From Candidatus Omnitrophota bacterium (GTDB lineage: Bacteria; Omnitrophota; Gorgyraeia; Aquiviventales; Aquiviventaceae), in the NCBI GenBank assembly GCA_016180575.1, contig JACPAY010000004.1, forward strand, positions 58,883 to 122,882: a stretch of DNA of 64,000 nucleotides. Reading direction: 5' to 3'. Position numbers and translations under genes: made by a program. Positions 44,050 through 52,635 of this stretch are shown piece after piece. The notes under the pieces were generated by a model. It had not been told where the DNA came from. It searched no databases and saw nothing but the letters and a program-made list of their open reading frames with translations. Each line of letters starts with the position of its first letter. Position 1 is the stretch's first letter.

Positions 44050-45444
44050 ATGACTCACTATTGCGCCCTCATTCCGGCCTACCAGGCGGAAGCGACGATC
44101 GGCATGCTCGTGCGCGCTGTGCGCAGCCTCGGGTTGGCCGTCGCCGTGATCGACGATGGGTCGTGTGATCGCACGGCAGCGCAAGCGGCCTCCCATGGCG
44201 CCGTCGTCTTGCGTCACGCGCGCAACACCGGCAAAGGATGCGCCCTGCGCACGGGCTTTGCCCATGCCGTCCGGGAAGGCTTTGATGGGGTGCTGACGAT
44301 GGATGCGGACGGGCAACATGATCCCCGTGACGTGCCGGCGCTGCTGGAGACCGCCGCGAAACGCCCTGATGCGATCATTATCGGCGACCGGATGCACGCG
44401 CCGGGGCGGATGCCGGTGGACCGATGGTGGGCGAACCTCATGGCATCCGCCGTCGTATCGGCGGTGAGCGGGCAGCGGATCCGGGACTCGCAAAGCGGGT
44501 TCCGGGTCATCCCGCGCGATGTCCTAGAACACACGCCTCTTCAGGCCTGCCGCTATGACTTGGAGACCGAGTTGCTCTTGGCCGCAGCCGCGGGCGGCAC
44601 GCGGATCCTCTCGGTGCCGGTGAGGAGCATCTATGCCGGTCAAGCCAGTCAGATGCGGCGGTGGCGCGACCCGATGTGGTTTTGCCGTGTCGTTGGACGG
44701 CATCTCATGAACAGGAGCAAGGGACCACGGCCGCCGTTCGGCCAGCTCAACGGCGTTCAAGCCGACGCCTCATCGAAGCGCCGTGTCTTGGTGTTTCTCA
44801 AAGAGCCCGTTCCCGGACGGGTGAAGACGCGGTTGGCAGCGACGATCGGCCATCAGGATGCCGCCGCGTTGTACCGGGCGTGCGCCGAGGAGACGCTGCG
44901 CCGGCTCGAACCGCTTGTTCCGGAAACGACGGTGTACGTGGATCCGCCGGATGCCATCGGGCGGATCCGTGAGTGGGTGGGCCCCGCATGGACTCTCCGT
45001 TCACAGCACGGCGCGACGCTTGGACGGCGCCTGAGCTCGGCGTTCAGCGAAGCGTTCAGCGCGGGGGCCACCCACGTTGTGGTCATCGGCACCGACTCGC
45101 CCTGGTTGAGCGCCGCCGATATCGAGCGCGCGTTCGCGGCCATGAAGGATGTGGACGTCGTCATCGGACCTTCGGAAGACGGCGGCTATTACCTCTTGGG
45201 TCTGGCGAAGCCTCTGCCGGAGGTGTTCGACGGCATTCCGTGGAGCACGCCGGACGTCTATGCCAGCACCCTCGCAAGAGCTCAAACGCTGGGACTGCGA
45301 GTCGGCGCCATCCGGATGGGATACGACGTGGATCAATGGAACGATGTGGAACGTTGGATGGCCGACAGGCGACCCGAGGCGTCAATCTCCAGTCCGCGCC
45401 AGCCGCTTATCACAACCCAGAGGAGGAGCATATGCCCGAGCTGA
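44050..45444 (+). CDS. fusion: GT2 glycosyltransferase (N-terminal) plus DUF2064 domain (C-terminal; the family I recall being labelled TIGR04282 arsenosugar-biosynthesis glycosyltransferase)
   Basis: The N-terminal part has ALIPAYQAEATIG...IDDGSCDRT...MDADGQHD. From about nt 44779, RVLVFLKEPVPGRVKTRLA...VVIGTDSPWL...GPSEDGGYYLLGL...IPWSTPDV is the DUF2064 pattern. Confidence 0.75.
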   Translation: MTHYCALIPAYQAEATIGMLVRAVRSLGLAVAVIDDGSCDRTAAQAASHGAVVLRHARNTGKGCALRTGFAHAVREGFDGVLTMDADGQHDPRDVPALLETAAKRPDAIIIGDRMHAPGRMPVDRWWANLMASAVVSAVSGQRIRDSQSGFRVIPRDVLEHTPLQACRYDLETELLLAAAAGGTRILSVPVRSIYAGQASQMRRWRDPMWFCRVVGRHLMNRSKGPRPPFGQLNGVQADASSKRRVLVFLKEPVPGRVKTRLAATIGHQDAAALYRACAEETLRRLEPLVPETTVYVDPPDAIGRIREWVGPAWTLRSQHGATLGRRLSSAFSEAFSAGATHVVVIGTDSPWLSAADIERAFAAMKDVDVVIGPSEDGGYYLLGLAKPLPEVFDGIPWSTPDVYASTLARAQTLGLRVGAIRMGYDVDQWNDVERWMADRRPEASISSPRQPLITTQRRSICPS

Positions 45445-47921
45445 ATCAGCTGAGCATCATCTACAGTCCGCCCCTGACGGAATATCGTCGAGGGGACTGG
45501 ACTGTTTTTCTCGATGGAGAAGCCCCCAACTGGGTGAGCGCGGATGAGCGCGGTGCCTGGCTGCTGCGCATGGCTGCCGAGCGTCCGGTCCGGTTTTCCG
45601 AATTGGTGTCGCGCTACGGCGGCCGGTTCCAATTGGACAGCGGCAAGGCGTGGGTGCACGTTCACGCGTTCGTCAGCGAGGCGGTGCGCCATGGCGTCCT
45701 GAGTCTCACCCCCGTGGAACGCCCGCCGTATCAGGGCCGAGCGGCCCACCTGCGCCTCGTGAGGCTGCGCGAGGCCTGGTTGCACACGAACAACTCCTGC
45801 AATCTCGCCTGCAGCCACTGCCTCGTCAGCTCATCGCCGAAAGGCGAACCAGGATTGCCGACCGCGACATGGCGGCGGCTCATCGAAGAAGTCGTCGCCC
45901 TGGGGATCGACCGCTGCTACATCACGGGAGGGGAGCCGTTCGTCCGTCCGGATCTGCCGGAGTTGATCCGGCTGGTCACACAGACGCACGGGGTCGAACT
46001 GATCATCCTGACCAACGCCACGCTCTTCGCCGGTCCGCGTAAGGCGCTGCTCGAGGGCCTCGATCGCGCGAAGGTGAAATTTCAGATGAGTTTGGACGGC
46101 TCGACCGCAGAGATCAATGACGCCATCCGTGGCAGAGGCAGCTTTGCCGCGGCCGTCGCCGGCCTGCGAGAGGTGACCGGACGCGGATTTGACGTGACGC
46201 TCACGACCGTCGCGACCGGCACGAATCTGTCCGATCTGCCCAACCTTGTGCGCCTGGCCGCGTCCTCCGGTGTGCGCGCACAGCACCTCATGTGGATGCA
46301 CCGGCGCGGGCGTGTCATCGAAGAACAGAACGGCTGGTTTCCCTCGACGGAGCAGTTGATTGATGCGGTCCGCACGGTCAAGCAGGAAGCCGACCGCCAG
46401 GGCATCGTCCTAGACAACGCGGCCTCCTTTGAGCTGCGCGCGAATGCCCCGGCAGGCGTGAAGTTCGACCTGGGCAATGCGGGCTGGCAGAGCCTCTGCG
46501 TGTACGCGGATGGACAGGTCTATCCTTCGGCAGCCTTCGCCAACCACAAGCCGCTCTGGTGCGGCGATGCCACCAACGGGATGACGCTCGAGCAGATCTG
46601 GCGCAACAGCCCGGTGCTGCAGCAGATTCGTGAAGCCAGTGTGACCCGCAAGCGCCAGGCCTCACGCGACCCCCTGCGCTACCTCACCGGTGGCGGGGAC
46701 GTCGAGCACAGCTACTTCTTCTCCGGCGACTTCGCGGGCGATGATCCGTACTACCCGCTCTATCACACGCTGCTGCTGGATGCGATGGACGTCCTGACGG
46801 CCCGGAAGGCGGCGCTCGTCAACAAGCGCTCAGGCTACGACGCGCCGCGCATCTTCCACGCGATGGGAGACGGGGCGGTCGTCTGTGGGACGACTGAGCT
46901 GGGCGACAACGACACGGAGGTCGCCTTCCTGCACTCCAACTGCGTCCTGTCGTTCGACGTCGAGAAGCCGCGCAAGATCGTCCAGCAGTTCTACGGCCAA
47001 GCCGCGGAGCAGCCGCAGGCTGAGCTGTGCTGTCCGACGAAGTACGACCCGGCAGAAGTCGGCCACATCCCGCAAGAAGTGCTAGACCGGTTCTACGGCT
47101 GCGGCTCGCCGGTGACGGCAGCGAGCCCCCAACCAGGCGAAACCTACGTGGACCTCGGCTCGGGCGCCGGCATCGATTGCTTCATTGCGGCCAAGCACGT
47201 CGGGCCGACCGGCAGCGTCATCGGCGTGGATATGACCGAGCAGATGCTCGCCGTGGCCAATGACAGCGGTGCTAAGGTCGTCGCAGCCCTGGGCTACGAT
47301 GTCGTGGAGTTTCGCAAGGGCTACCTGGAACAGATCCCGATCGAGGACAAGATAGCGGATGTCGTCACTTCGAACTGCGTCGTGAATCTCTCGCCGGATA
47401 AGCCAAAGGTGCTCGCGGAGTTGTGGCGCGTCCTGAAGGATCACGGCCGGGCGGTCATCGCCGACATCGTGTCCGACCGCGAGGTGCCGCCGCGCCTCAA
47501 GGTGAACGAACAACTCTGGGGCGAGTGCATCGTCGGGGCGCTCACCGAGGAGCAGTTCCTGGCGATGCTGGAGCAGGCGGGCTTCTACGGTCTGTCGGTC
47601 CTCAAGAAGACCTTCTGGAAAGAAATCGAAGGCTTCAAGTTCTACTCCGTCACCGTCCAAGGGTTCAAGTTCGAGAAGACCGCGGGCTGCCAGTTCATTG
47701 GCCAGCGCGCCATCTACCAGGGCCCGTTCAAGGCGGCGTTAGATGAGGAGGGACACCTGTTTCCCCGCGACGTCGAGGTCGAAGTATGCACCGATACGGC
47801 GGCGAAACTCTCCCATGCGCCCTACGCGGGGCAGTTTGTGATCATCGAGCCGTCGGGAGAGCGGCAAGACGTCGTTGCCTCCGCCTGTTGCCTGGGAGGG
47901 AGTTCCGGAGGCTGTTGCTGA
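45432..47921 (+). CDS. 829-aa fusion: N-terminal PqqD-like region, radical SAM core, Cys-depleted SPASM-like region, and a full-length ArsM-type As(III) SAM methyltransferase with a Cys-rich tail
   Basis: The radical-SAM triad is CNLACSHC at aa 123-130. SLCVYADGQVYPSAAF...LEQIWRNSPVLQQIR resembles SPASM but lacks the CxxC...C residues. From aa ~520, ELCCP...FYGCGSPV...YVDLGSGAGIDCF...VVTSNCVVNLSPDK...LWGECIVGAL...ACCLGGSSGGCC matches ArsM. RBS aggagga is at 45421. Confidence 0.8.
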   Translation: MPELNQLSIIYSPPLTEYRRGDWTVFLDGEAPNWVSADERGAWLLRMAAERPVRFSELVSRYGGRFQLDSGKAWVHVHAFVSEAVRHGVLSLTPVERPPYQGRAAHLRLVRLREAWLHTNNSCNLACSHCLVSSSPKGEPGLPTATWRRLIEEVVALGIDRCYITGGEPFVRPDLPELIRLVTQTHGVELIILTNATLFAGPRKALLEGLDRAKVKFQMSLDGSTAEINDAIRGRGSFAAAVAGLREVTGRGFDVTLTTVATGTNLSDLPNLVRLAASSGVRAQHLMWMHRRGRVIEEQNGWFPSTEQLIDAVRTVKQEADRQGIVLDNAASFELRANAPAGVKFDLGNAGWQSLCVYADGQVYPSAAFANHKPLWCGDATNGMTLEQIWRNSPVLQQIREASVTRKRQASRDPLRYLTGGGDVEHSYFFSGDFAGDDPYYPLYHTLLLDAMDVLTARKAALVNKRSGYDAPRIFHAMGDGAVVCGTTELGDNDTEVAFLHSNCVLSFDVEKPRKIVQQFYGQAAEQPQAELCCPTKYDPAEVGHIPQEVLDRFYGCGSPVTAASPQPGETYVDLGSGAGIDCFIAAKHVGPTGSVIGVDMTEQMLAVANDSGAKVVAALGYDVVEFRKGYLEQIPIEDKIADVVTSNCVVNLSPDKPKVLAELWRVLKDHGRAVIADIVSDREVPPRLKVNEQLWGECIVGALTEEQFLAMLEQAGFYGLSVLKKTFWKEIEGFKFYSVTVQGFKFEKTAGCQFIGQRAIYQGPFKAALDEEGHLFPRDVEVEVCTDTAAKLSHAPYAGQFVIIEPSGERQDVVASACCLGGSSGGCC

Positions 47922-48586
47922 TGGCACGTCGTACCTGGATCAAGCTCGGCATCCTTGCGGTGTGCCTGGCCAGCCTGTTCTTTGGGCTCCAGGCATTCGG
48001 CATACGGCCGGCCGACGTGACGCCGGACAAGATCCGGGCGCTCGTGCTGTCGTTCGGCGTGTGGGCGCCCATCGTCTATCTCGCCACCTATGGCCAACCC
48101 ATCGTCCCGCTCCCGGCGAGTGTCATGACGATTACCGGCGGCCTGGCCTTCGGGCCCTGGTGGGGCACGTGGGCCGCCTTGACGGGGGCCACCATTCGGG
48201 CGTGCGGCGAATTCCTGATCGCGCGGCTGTTGGGAAGGCAAGCGGTCGAACGGCTGCTGCGCGGCAAGCTGGCGGCGTGGGATGCCAAACTCGCCGCCAA
48301 CGGGTTTACCGCCGTCCTGCTGATCCGGCTGGTGCCAAACCTGCCCTTCGACATGCAGAACTACGGGCTGGGGTTTTCGCGCGTGCGCTTCAGCGCGTAC
48401 GCCCCGGCGACGGTGCTCGGCATGATCCCAGGCAGCTTCGCCTACGTGTATCTCGGCTATTCGCTGACCGATCCCAAGCAGCTCTGGAAGTTGGGACTGG
48501 CGATCCTCTTGATCATTGGGCTGATGCTCGCCCAGCGCGCTTGGAGTAGGCGGCGCCAAGCACCAGTCCATGGAGGCCGAGCCTGA
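47921..48586 (+). CDS. TVP38/TMEM64 (DedA-related) membrane protein
   Basis: PLPASVMTITGGLAFGPWWG...LIRLVPNLPFDMQNYGLG matches the family. The start overlaps the upstream stop. Confidence 0.85.
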   Translation: MARRTWIKLGILAVCLASLFFGLQAFGIRPADVTPDKIRALVLSFGVWAPIVYLATYGQPIVPLPASVMTITGGLAFGPWWGTWAALTGATIRACGEFLIARLLGRQAVERLLRGKLAAWDAKLAANGFTAVLLIRLVPNLPFDMQNYGLGFSRVRFSAYAPATVLGMIPGSFAYVYLGYSLTDPKQLWKLGLAILLIIGLMLAQRAWSRRRQAPVHGGRA

Positions 48587-50133
48587 TGACCACGACACGA
48601 AGTGCCGACGCGCAACATGCCAAGCCGCTCATCTTGCCGGATGACCCACACAATCAGGAGCTGGTCCGACAGACCCATCCTGCGGGGTGGGTCAACCCGA
48701 CGCCGCGCGGCCGGTACAACCTCGTGGTCATCGGCTCGGGCACGGCGGGACTGACCGCAGCCGGCGGCTGTGCCGCGCTGGGCGGCCGCGTCGCGTTGAT
48801 TGAGCGCCACCTGACCGGCGGCGATTGCCTCATTACCGGCTGCGTGCCGTCGAAAGCGATCATCAGCTCCGCCCGTGTTGCGGCGACGATCCGTCAGGCT
48901 GCACGGCATGGCATTCGTATTCCTGATGGCGTTCAGATCGATGGCGCGGCCGTGATGGAGCGGATGCGCCGGCTCCGGGCGAAGATCAGCCCGCATGACT
49001 CGGTCCAGCGGCTGAAGGAGATGGGCGTGGACGTCTATCTCGGCGAGGCGAAGTTTGTTTCGCCGAACGCCGTGGACGTTGGAGGAGCACGGTTGGAGTT
49101 TGCCCGGGCGGTCATCGCCACGGGCGGACGGCCGGTGTCGCCGCCGGTTCCCGGCCTGCAAGAAGCCGATTTCTTAACCAACGAGACGCTCTTTGAGCTG
49201 AGCGACATCCCGAAGCGGTTCGCCATGATCGGCGCCGGGCCCATCGGCTGCGAAATGGCGCAGACGTTCCAACGATTGGGGGCTCATGTCACGTTGATCG
49301 ATGTGGCAGCTCACGTCTTGAACCGCGAAGATCCGGACGCCGCAGAGATCATCCAACGCGCGCTGCAGCGGGACGGGGTGCAGCTCGTGCTGGGAGCTAA
49401 GGTGTCGCGTGTCGCGCGACGAAGCAGCGAAACCATCGTGACGATTGAGCAGCGGGGCCGCTCAGCCGAGATCGTCTGCGACGCGCTCCTAGTCGGCGTA
49501 GGTCGCGCGCCGAACATCGAAGGACTGAATCTTGAGGCAGCTGGCGTGCGCTATGAGAAGCAGGGGGTCACGGTCAATGACTTTCTCCAAACGAGCAATC
49601 CGCGCATCTATGCCGCCGGTGACGTCGCCTCGCCCTATAAGTTCACGCACGTGGCGAACGCGCAGGGCCGGCTCGCCCTGATCAATGCGCTGTTTGTTCC
49701 CATCCAGCGCACGAGCCGGCTGATCATCCCATGGTGCACGTATACCGACCCGGAGATCGCGCACGTCGGCCTCTATGAGGCCCAGGCCAAGGAGCGGGGC
49801 CATGAGGTCCAGACGCTCACGCTGCCGCTTGAGGAGAACGATCGGGCGGTGGTCGATGGAGAAGACGAGGGTTTCATCCGGGTGCATCTCAAGCGCGGCA
49901 CTGACCGGATCCTCGGCGCGACCATCGTGGCGGCGCATGCCGGGGACCTACTGACCTACTTCACCCTAGCCATGGCGCAGCGCAAGGGGCTCTCATCGCT
50001 GGCCGGCGCGATCTATCCCTACCCGACGCAATCAGAAGCCATCCGGCAAATCGCCAGCCAGCATCTACAGACCAAACTCTCTTCCCGAGTGAAGGACCTC
50101 ACGAGCCGCTGGCTCGGGTGGAGCAGGCGCTAG
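48586..50133 (+). CDS. FAD-dependent pyridine nucleotide-disulfide oxidoreductase (class I; MerA/Lpd-like, not a bona fide MerA)
   Basis: VVIGSGTAGLTAA and the redox-active GGDCLITGCVPSK are present. There is no NmerA domain and no C-terminal Cys pair. Confidence 0.88.
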   Translation: MTTTRSADAQHAKPLILPDDPHNQELVRQTHPAGWVNPTPRGRYNLVVIGSGTAGLTAAGGCAALGGRVALIERHLTGGDCLITGCVPSKAIISSARVAATIRQAARHGIRIPDGVQIDGAAVMERMRRLRAKISPHDSVQRLKEMGVDVYLGEAKFVSPNAVDVGGARLEFARAVIATGGRPVSPPVPGLQEADFLTNETLFELSDIPKRFAMIGAGPIGCEMAQTFQRLGAHVTLIDVAAHVLNREDPDAAEIIQRALQRDGVQLVLGAKVSRVARRSSETIVTIEQRGRSAEIVCDALLVGVGRAPNIEGLNLEAAGVRYEKQGVTVNDFLQTSNPRIYAAGDVASPYKFTHVANAQGRLALINALFVPIQRTSRLIIPWCTYTDPEIAHVGLYEAQAKERGHEVQTLTLPLEENDRAVVDGEDEGFIRVHLKRGTDRILGATIVAAHAGDLLTYFTLAMAQRKGLSSLAGAIYPYPTQSEAIRQIASQHLQTKLSSRVKDLTSRWLGWSRR

Positions 50134-50143
50134 GAGAGGTGAC

Positions 50144-50777
50144 ATGATGCCTCACCGCCGTGTCTGCGCCGTCGCACTGGCAATGGTCATAGCGGGTGGG
50201 CTTGCGCCTGCGGCCTCGTCAGCCAGCGCCGTCGATCACTCGATGTGGGATCAACTACTCAAACGGCATGTGCGCCAGGGACTGGTGGACTACACAAGCG
50301 TGCAAGCTGAGCGGAAACTCATGGACCAGTATCTCGAACAATTGGCAATCGTCGATGTGGACACGCTGCCATCGAAGGAGGCGAAGCTCGCGTTCTGGGT
50401 CAACGCGTACAACGCCAGCGTCGTGAAGGGCGTGCTGGATCACGCTCCGGTTACGTCGGTCAAGGAGGTCAAGGGCTTCTTCGACCGCATCCGCTACCGG
50501 GTCGCTGGCCGTGAGCGAACACTCAACGAGATCGAAGGCGAAGGCCGAGCGCTCGGTGATTGGCGCATCCACTTCGCCGTGGTCTGCGCATCCTCTAGCT
50601 GTCCGCCGTTGATCAATGAAGCATACGCTGGGCCTCTTTCGCCGGCTGACGCCGGAAAAACTGTTGCCACGCATCGAACCCTACCTGGATCGAGACATCG
50701 CTCAGGCCATCAGATCGCGACAACTGGCCATCGAATTTCTGGACTACGATTGGTCGCTCAATGCCCAACGCAAGTGA
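50144..50777 (+). pseudogene. DUF547 protein, apparently disrupted (internal deletion plus frameshift near 50613-50640)
   Basis: Frame 2 gives a signal peptide and the DUF547 core (AFWVNAYNASVV...HFAVVCASSSCPPL), then turns to unrelated Arg/Gly-rich sequence. The +1 frame gives ...PEKLLPRIEPYLDRDIAQAIRSRQLAIEFLDYDWSLNAQRK-stop at 50777, which is the expected family C-terminus. Confidence 0.5.
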
Positions 50778-52092
50778 ACGGATGGAATCCGGGCGGGCGG
50801 CGCGCTTTCCCCCGACATTTCTTTGGGGAGCGGCGACATCGGCTCACCAGGTCGAGGGCGAAAACGTCCACAGCGACTGGTGGGCGTGGGAACAGGCTGG
50901 GCATGTGAAGGACCCGTCGAGACTCGCCTGCGACCACTACCGGAGGTTTCGGGAGGATTTTGACCTGGCCAAACAGCTCCACCACAATGCGCACCGCCTC
51001 TCCGTTGAGTGGAGCCGCATTGAGCCGGAGCCTGGCCGATGGAACGAGGAAGCGCTTGCGCATTACCAAGAGGTGATCGCGGCATTACGCGAGCGTCACC
51101 TTGAACCCATCGTGACGCTCTTCCACTTCACAAGCCCCGAGTGGTTCAGCCAGCAGGGCGGCTGGAGACATCCCCAGGCGATTGAGCGGTTTGGGCGGTA
51201 TGTCGAGCGGGTGGTAGAGGCTATCGGGCCGTCCGTGCGGTATTGGATCACGTTCAACGAGCCGGCCATCTATGTCTATCAGGGCTACGTCGCCGGCGCC
51301 TGGCCCCCTGGCCAGCGCTCGTGGCCGGCGGCCTTCCGCGTGCTGGAGCGGCTCCTGCACGCCCATACGGTGGCGTACCACCTCATTCACGCTCGCCTGG
51401 ATGGCCAGGGATCTCGACCATTGGTCGGCTTTGCCAAGCACATGGTGGTGTTCACCCCATGCAATCCCCGCTCACGCAAAGACCGCCTGGCGACCTGGGT
51501 GCGACAGAGCTATTTCAACGGCGCGATTGCGGAGTCGTTCGGACGCGGGCATCTGCTGCCCCGGCTCCGGCACCTCATCCAGCGCAGCATCCACCGTCGG
51601 TATCTGGACTTCATCGGGCTGAACTACTACACGCGGGACTTCGTCCATTTCGAGGGCTGGACGTGGGGCAAGCTCTTCGGCGAGGTGTGCTCGCTCACGC
51701 ACCATCCGGATGCCGGTGTCCGGAACGCCCTCGGATGGGAGATTTACCCCGAGGGCATCTACCAGTGCCTCAGGCAGCTGGGGCGCGCCGGGCTTCCCGT
51801 TCTCGTGACGGAAAACGGCATCTGCACGAACGATGATGGGCAGCGTGCCCAGTTCATCCATGACCATCTTGCCCAGATCACCCGGGCAATGGACGAAGGC
51901 ATGTCGGTGCTGGGCTACCTGCATTGGTCGTTGCTGGACAACTACGAGTGGCATGAGGGATTTGCTCCGCGGTTTGGCTTAGTGGAGGTGGACTACGCAA
52001 CGCAGCAACGGCACATGCGCCCCAGCGCACGCTACCTTGCCACTGTTGCAAAGACCGGCCAGCTCGTGACACTAAACGGCATGGCTGAATGA
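50761..52092 (+). CDS. GH1 beta-glucosidase
   Basis: FLWGAATSAHQVEG, the acid/base motif TFNEP and the nucleophile motif VTENG are all present. ATG 50782 is an alternative start. Confidence 0.9.
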   Translation: MPNASERMESGRAARFPPTFLWGAATSAHQVEGENVHSDWWAWEQAGHVKDPSRLACDHYRRFREDFDLAKQLHHNAHRLSVEWSRIEPEPGRWNEEALAHYQEVIAALRERHLEPIVTLFHFTSPEWFSQQGGWRHPQAIERFGRYVERVVEAIGPSVRYWITFNEPAIYVYQGYVAGAWPPGQRSWPAAFRVLERLLHAHTVAYHLIHARLDGQGSRPLVGFAKHMVVFTPCNPRSRKDRLATWVRQSYFNGAIAESFGRGHLLPRLRHLIQRSIHRRYLDFIGLNYYTRDFVHFEGWTWGKLFGEVCSLTHHPDAGVRNALGWEIYPEGIYQCLRQLGRAGLPVLVTENGICTNDDGQRAQFIHDHLAQITRAMDEGMSVLGYLHWSLLDNYEWHEGFAPRFGLVEVDYATQQRHMRPSARYLATVAKTGQLVTLNGMAE

Positions 52093-52122
52093 CATGATGG
52101 GCTGGAGTACAAGGAGGGGAAC

Positions 52123-52611
52123 ATGCGAGATGTGGTCCGCAAGGCACTGCTCGGCGGGGTGATCCTGATGGGAGTGCAGATGGGCATTCCGATTCCTTCC
52201 GTCCAGGCAGCGGGCCTGCCTGCCGCGCCCGGCGCGGCGCAGGCAGGCAAGTACGCGATCATCCTGCAGGCCGGCAAGGAAAGCCATGAAGGGATGGCGC
52301 GGGCGGTTCACGCATTCCTGTACGCCAAAGAACTCAAGGAACACGGCCATAAGGTCGTGTTGATCTTCGACGGCGCCGGCACCGAGTGGGCGGAGGAGCT
52401 CAGCAACCCGGAGAGCCAATCTCAGTTGAAGCCCATGTATGACCAACTCAAACAGGCGGGCATTGTCGAGATCGTCTGCGATTTCTGCGCCGGGGCGTTT
52501 GCGGTCAAAGAGCGCCTGGCGCAACGCCAGGTCCCGATGACGGCCGAGTACGCCGGCCATCCCAGCATCGCCAAGTGGGCGGATGAAGGCTATCAGCTGG
52601 TTGTGCTGTAG
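52123..52611 (+). CDS. DsrE-family-like protein with signal peptide
   Basis: KYAIILQAGKESHEGMARAVHAFLYAKELKEHGHKVVLIFDGAG resembles DsrE/DsrF-like proteins. The region next to the signal peptide carries the 33-nt palindrome. Confidence 0.55.
   Translation: MRDVVRKALLGGVILMGVQMGIPIPSVQAAGLPAAPGAAQAGKYAIILQAGKESHEGMARAVHAFLYAKELKEHGHKVVLIFDGAGTEWAEELSNPESQSQLKPMYDQLKQAGIVEIVCDFCAGAFAVKERLAQRQVPMTAEYAGHPSIAKWADEGYQLVVL
52215..52247. repeat. 33-nt GC-rich palindrome, copy 2 (in frame)
   Basis: cctgcctgccgcgccCggcgcggcgcaggcagg differs from copy 1 only at the central base. It is in the same reading phase and also encodes LPAAPGAAQAG. Confidence 0.9.
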
Positions 52612-52635
52612 CGGGTGGGCGACGAAGGGATCGCG

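Noticed and set aside
47919-47921. Selenocysteine recoding of the TGA that ends the rSAM-ArsM gene right after …GGCC.
   Set aside because: Read-through gives a non-sensical 31-codon extension that overlaps the start of the TVP38 gene. I could see no SECIS-like hairpin. The TGA overlaps the next ATG in the usual coupling arrangement.
48586-50133. Mercuric reductase MerA.
   Set aside because: It has the CxxxxC redox pair of the class I flavoprotein disulfide reductases. It lacks an N-terminal HMA (NmerA) domain and the C-terminal vicinal Cys pair needed for Hg(II) hand-off. I therefore kept it as a generic FAD disulfide oxidoreductase.
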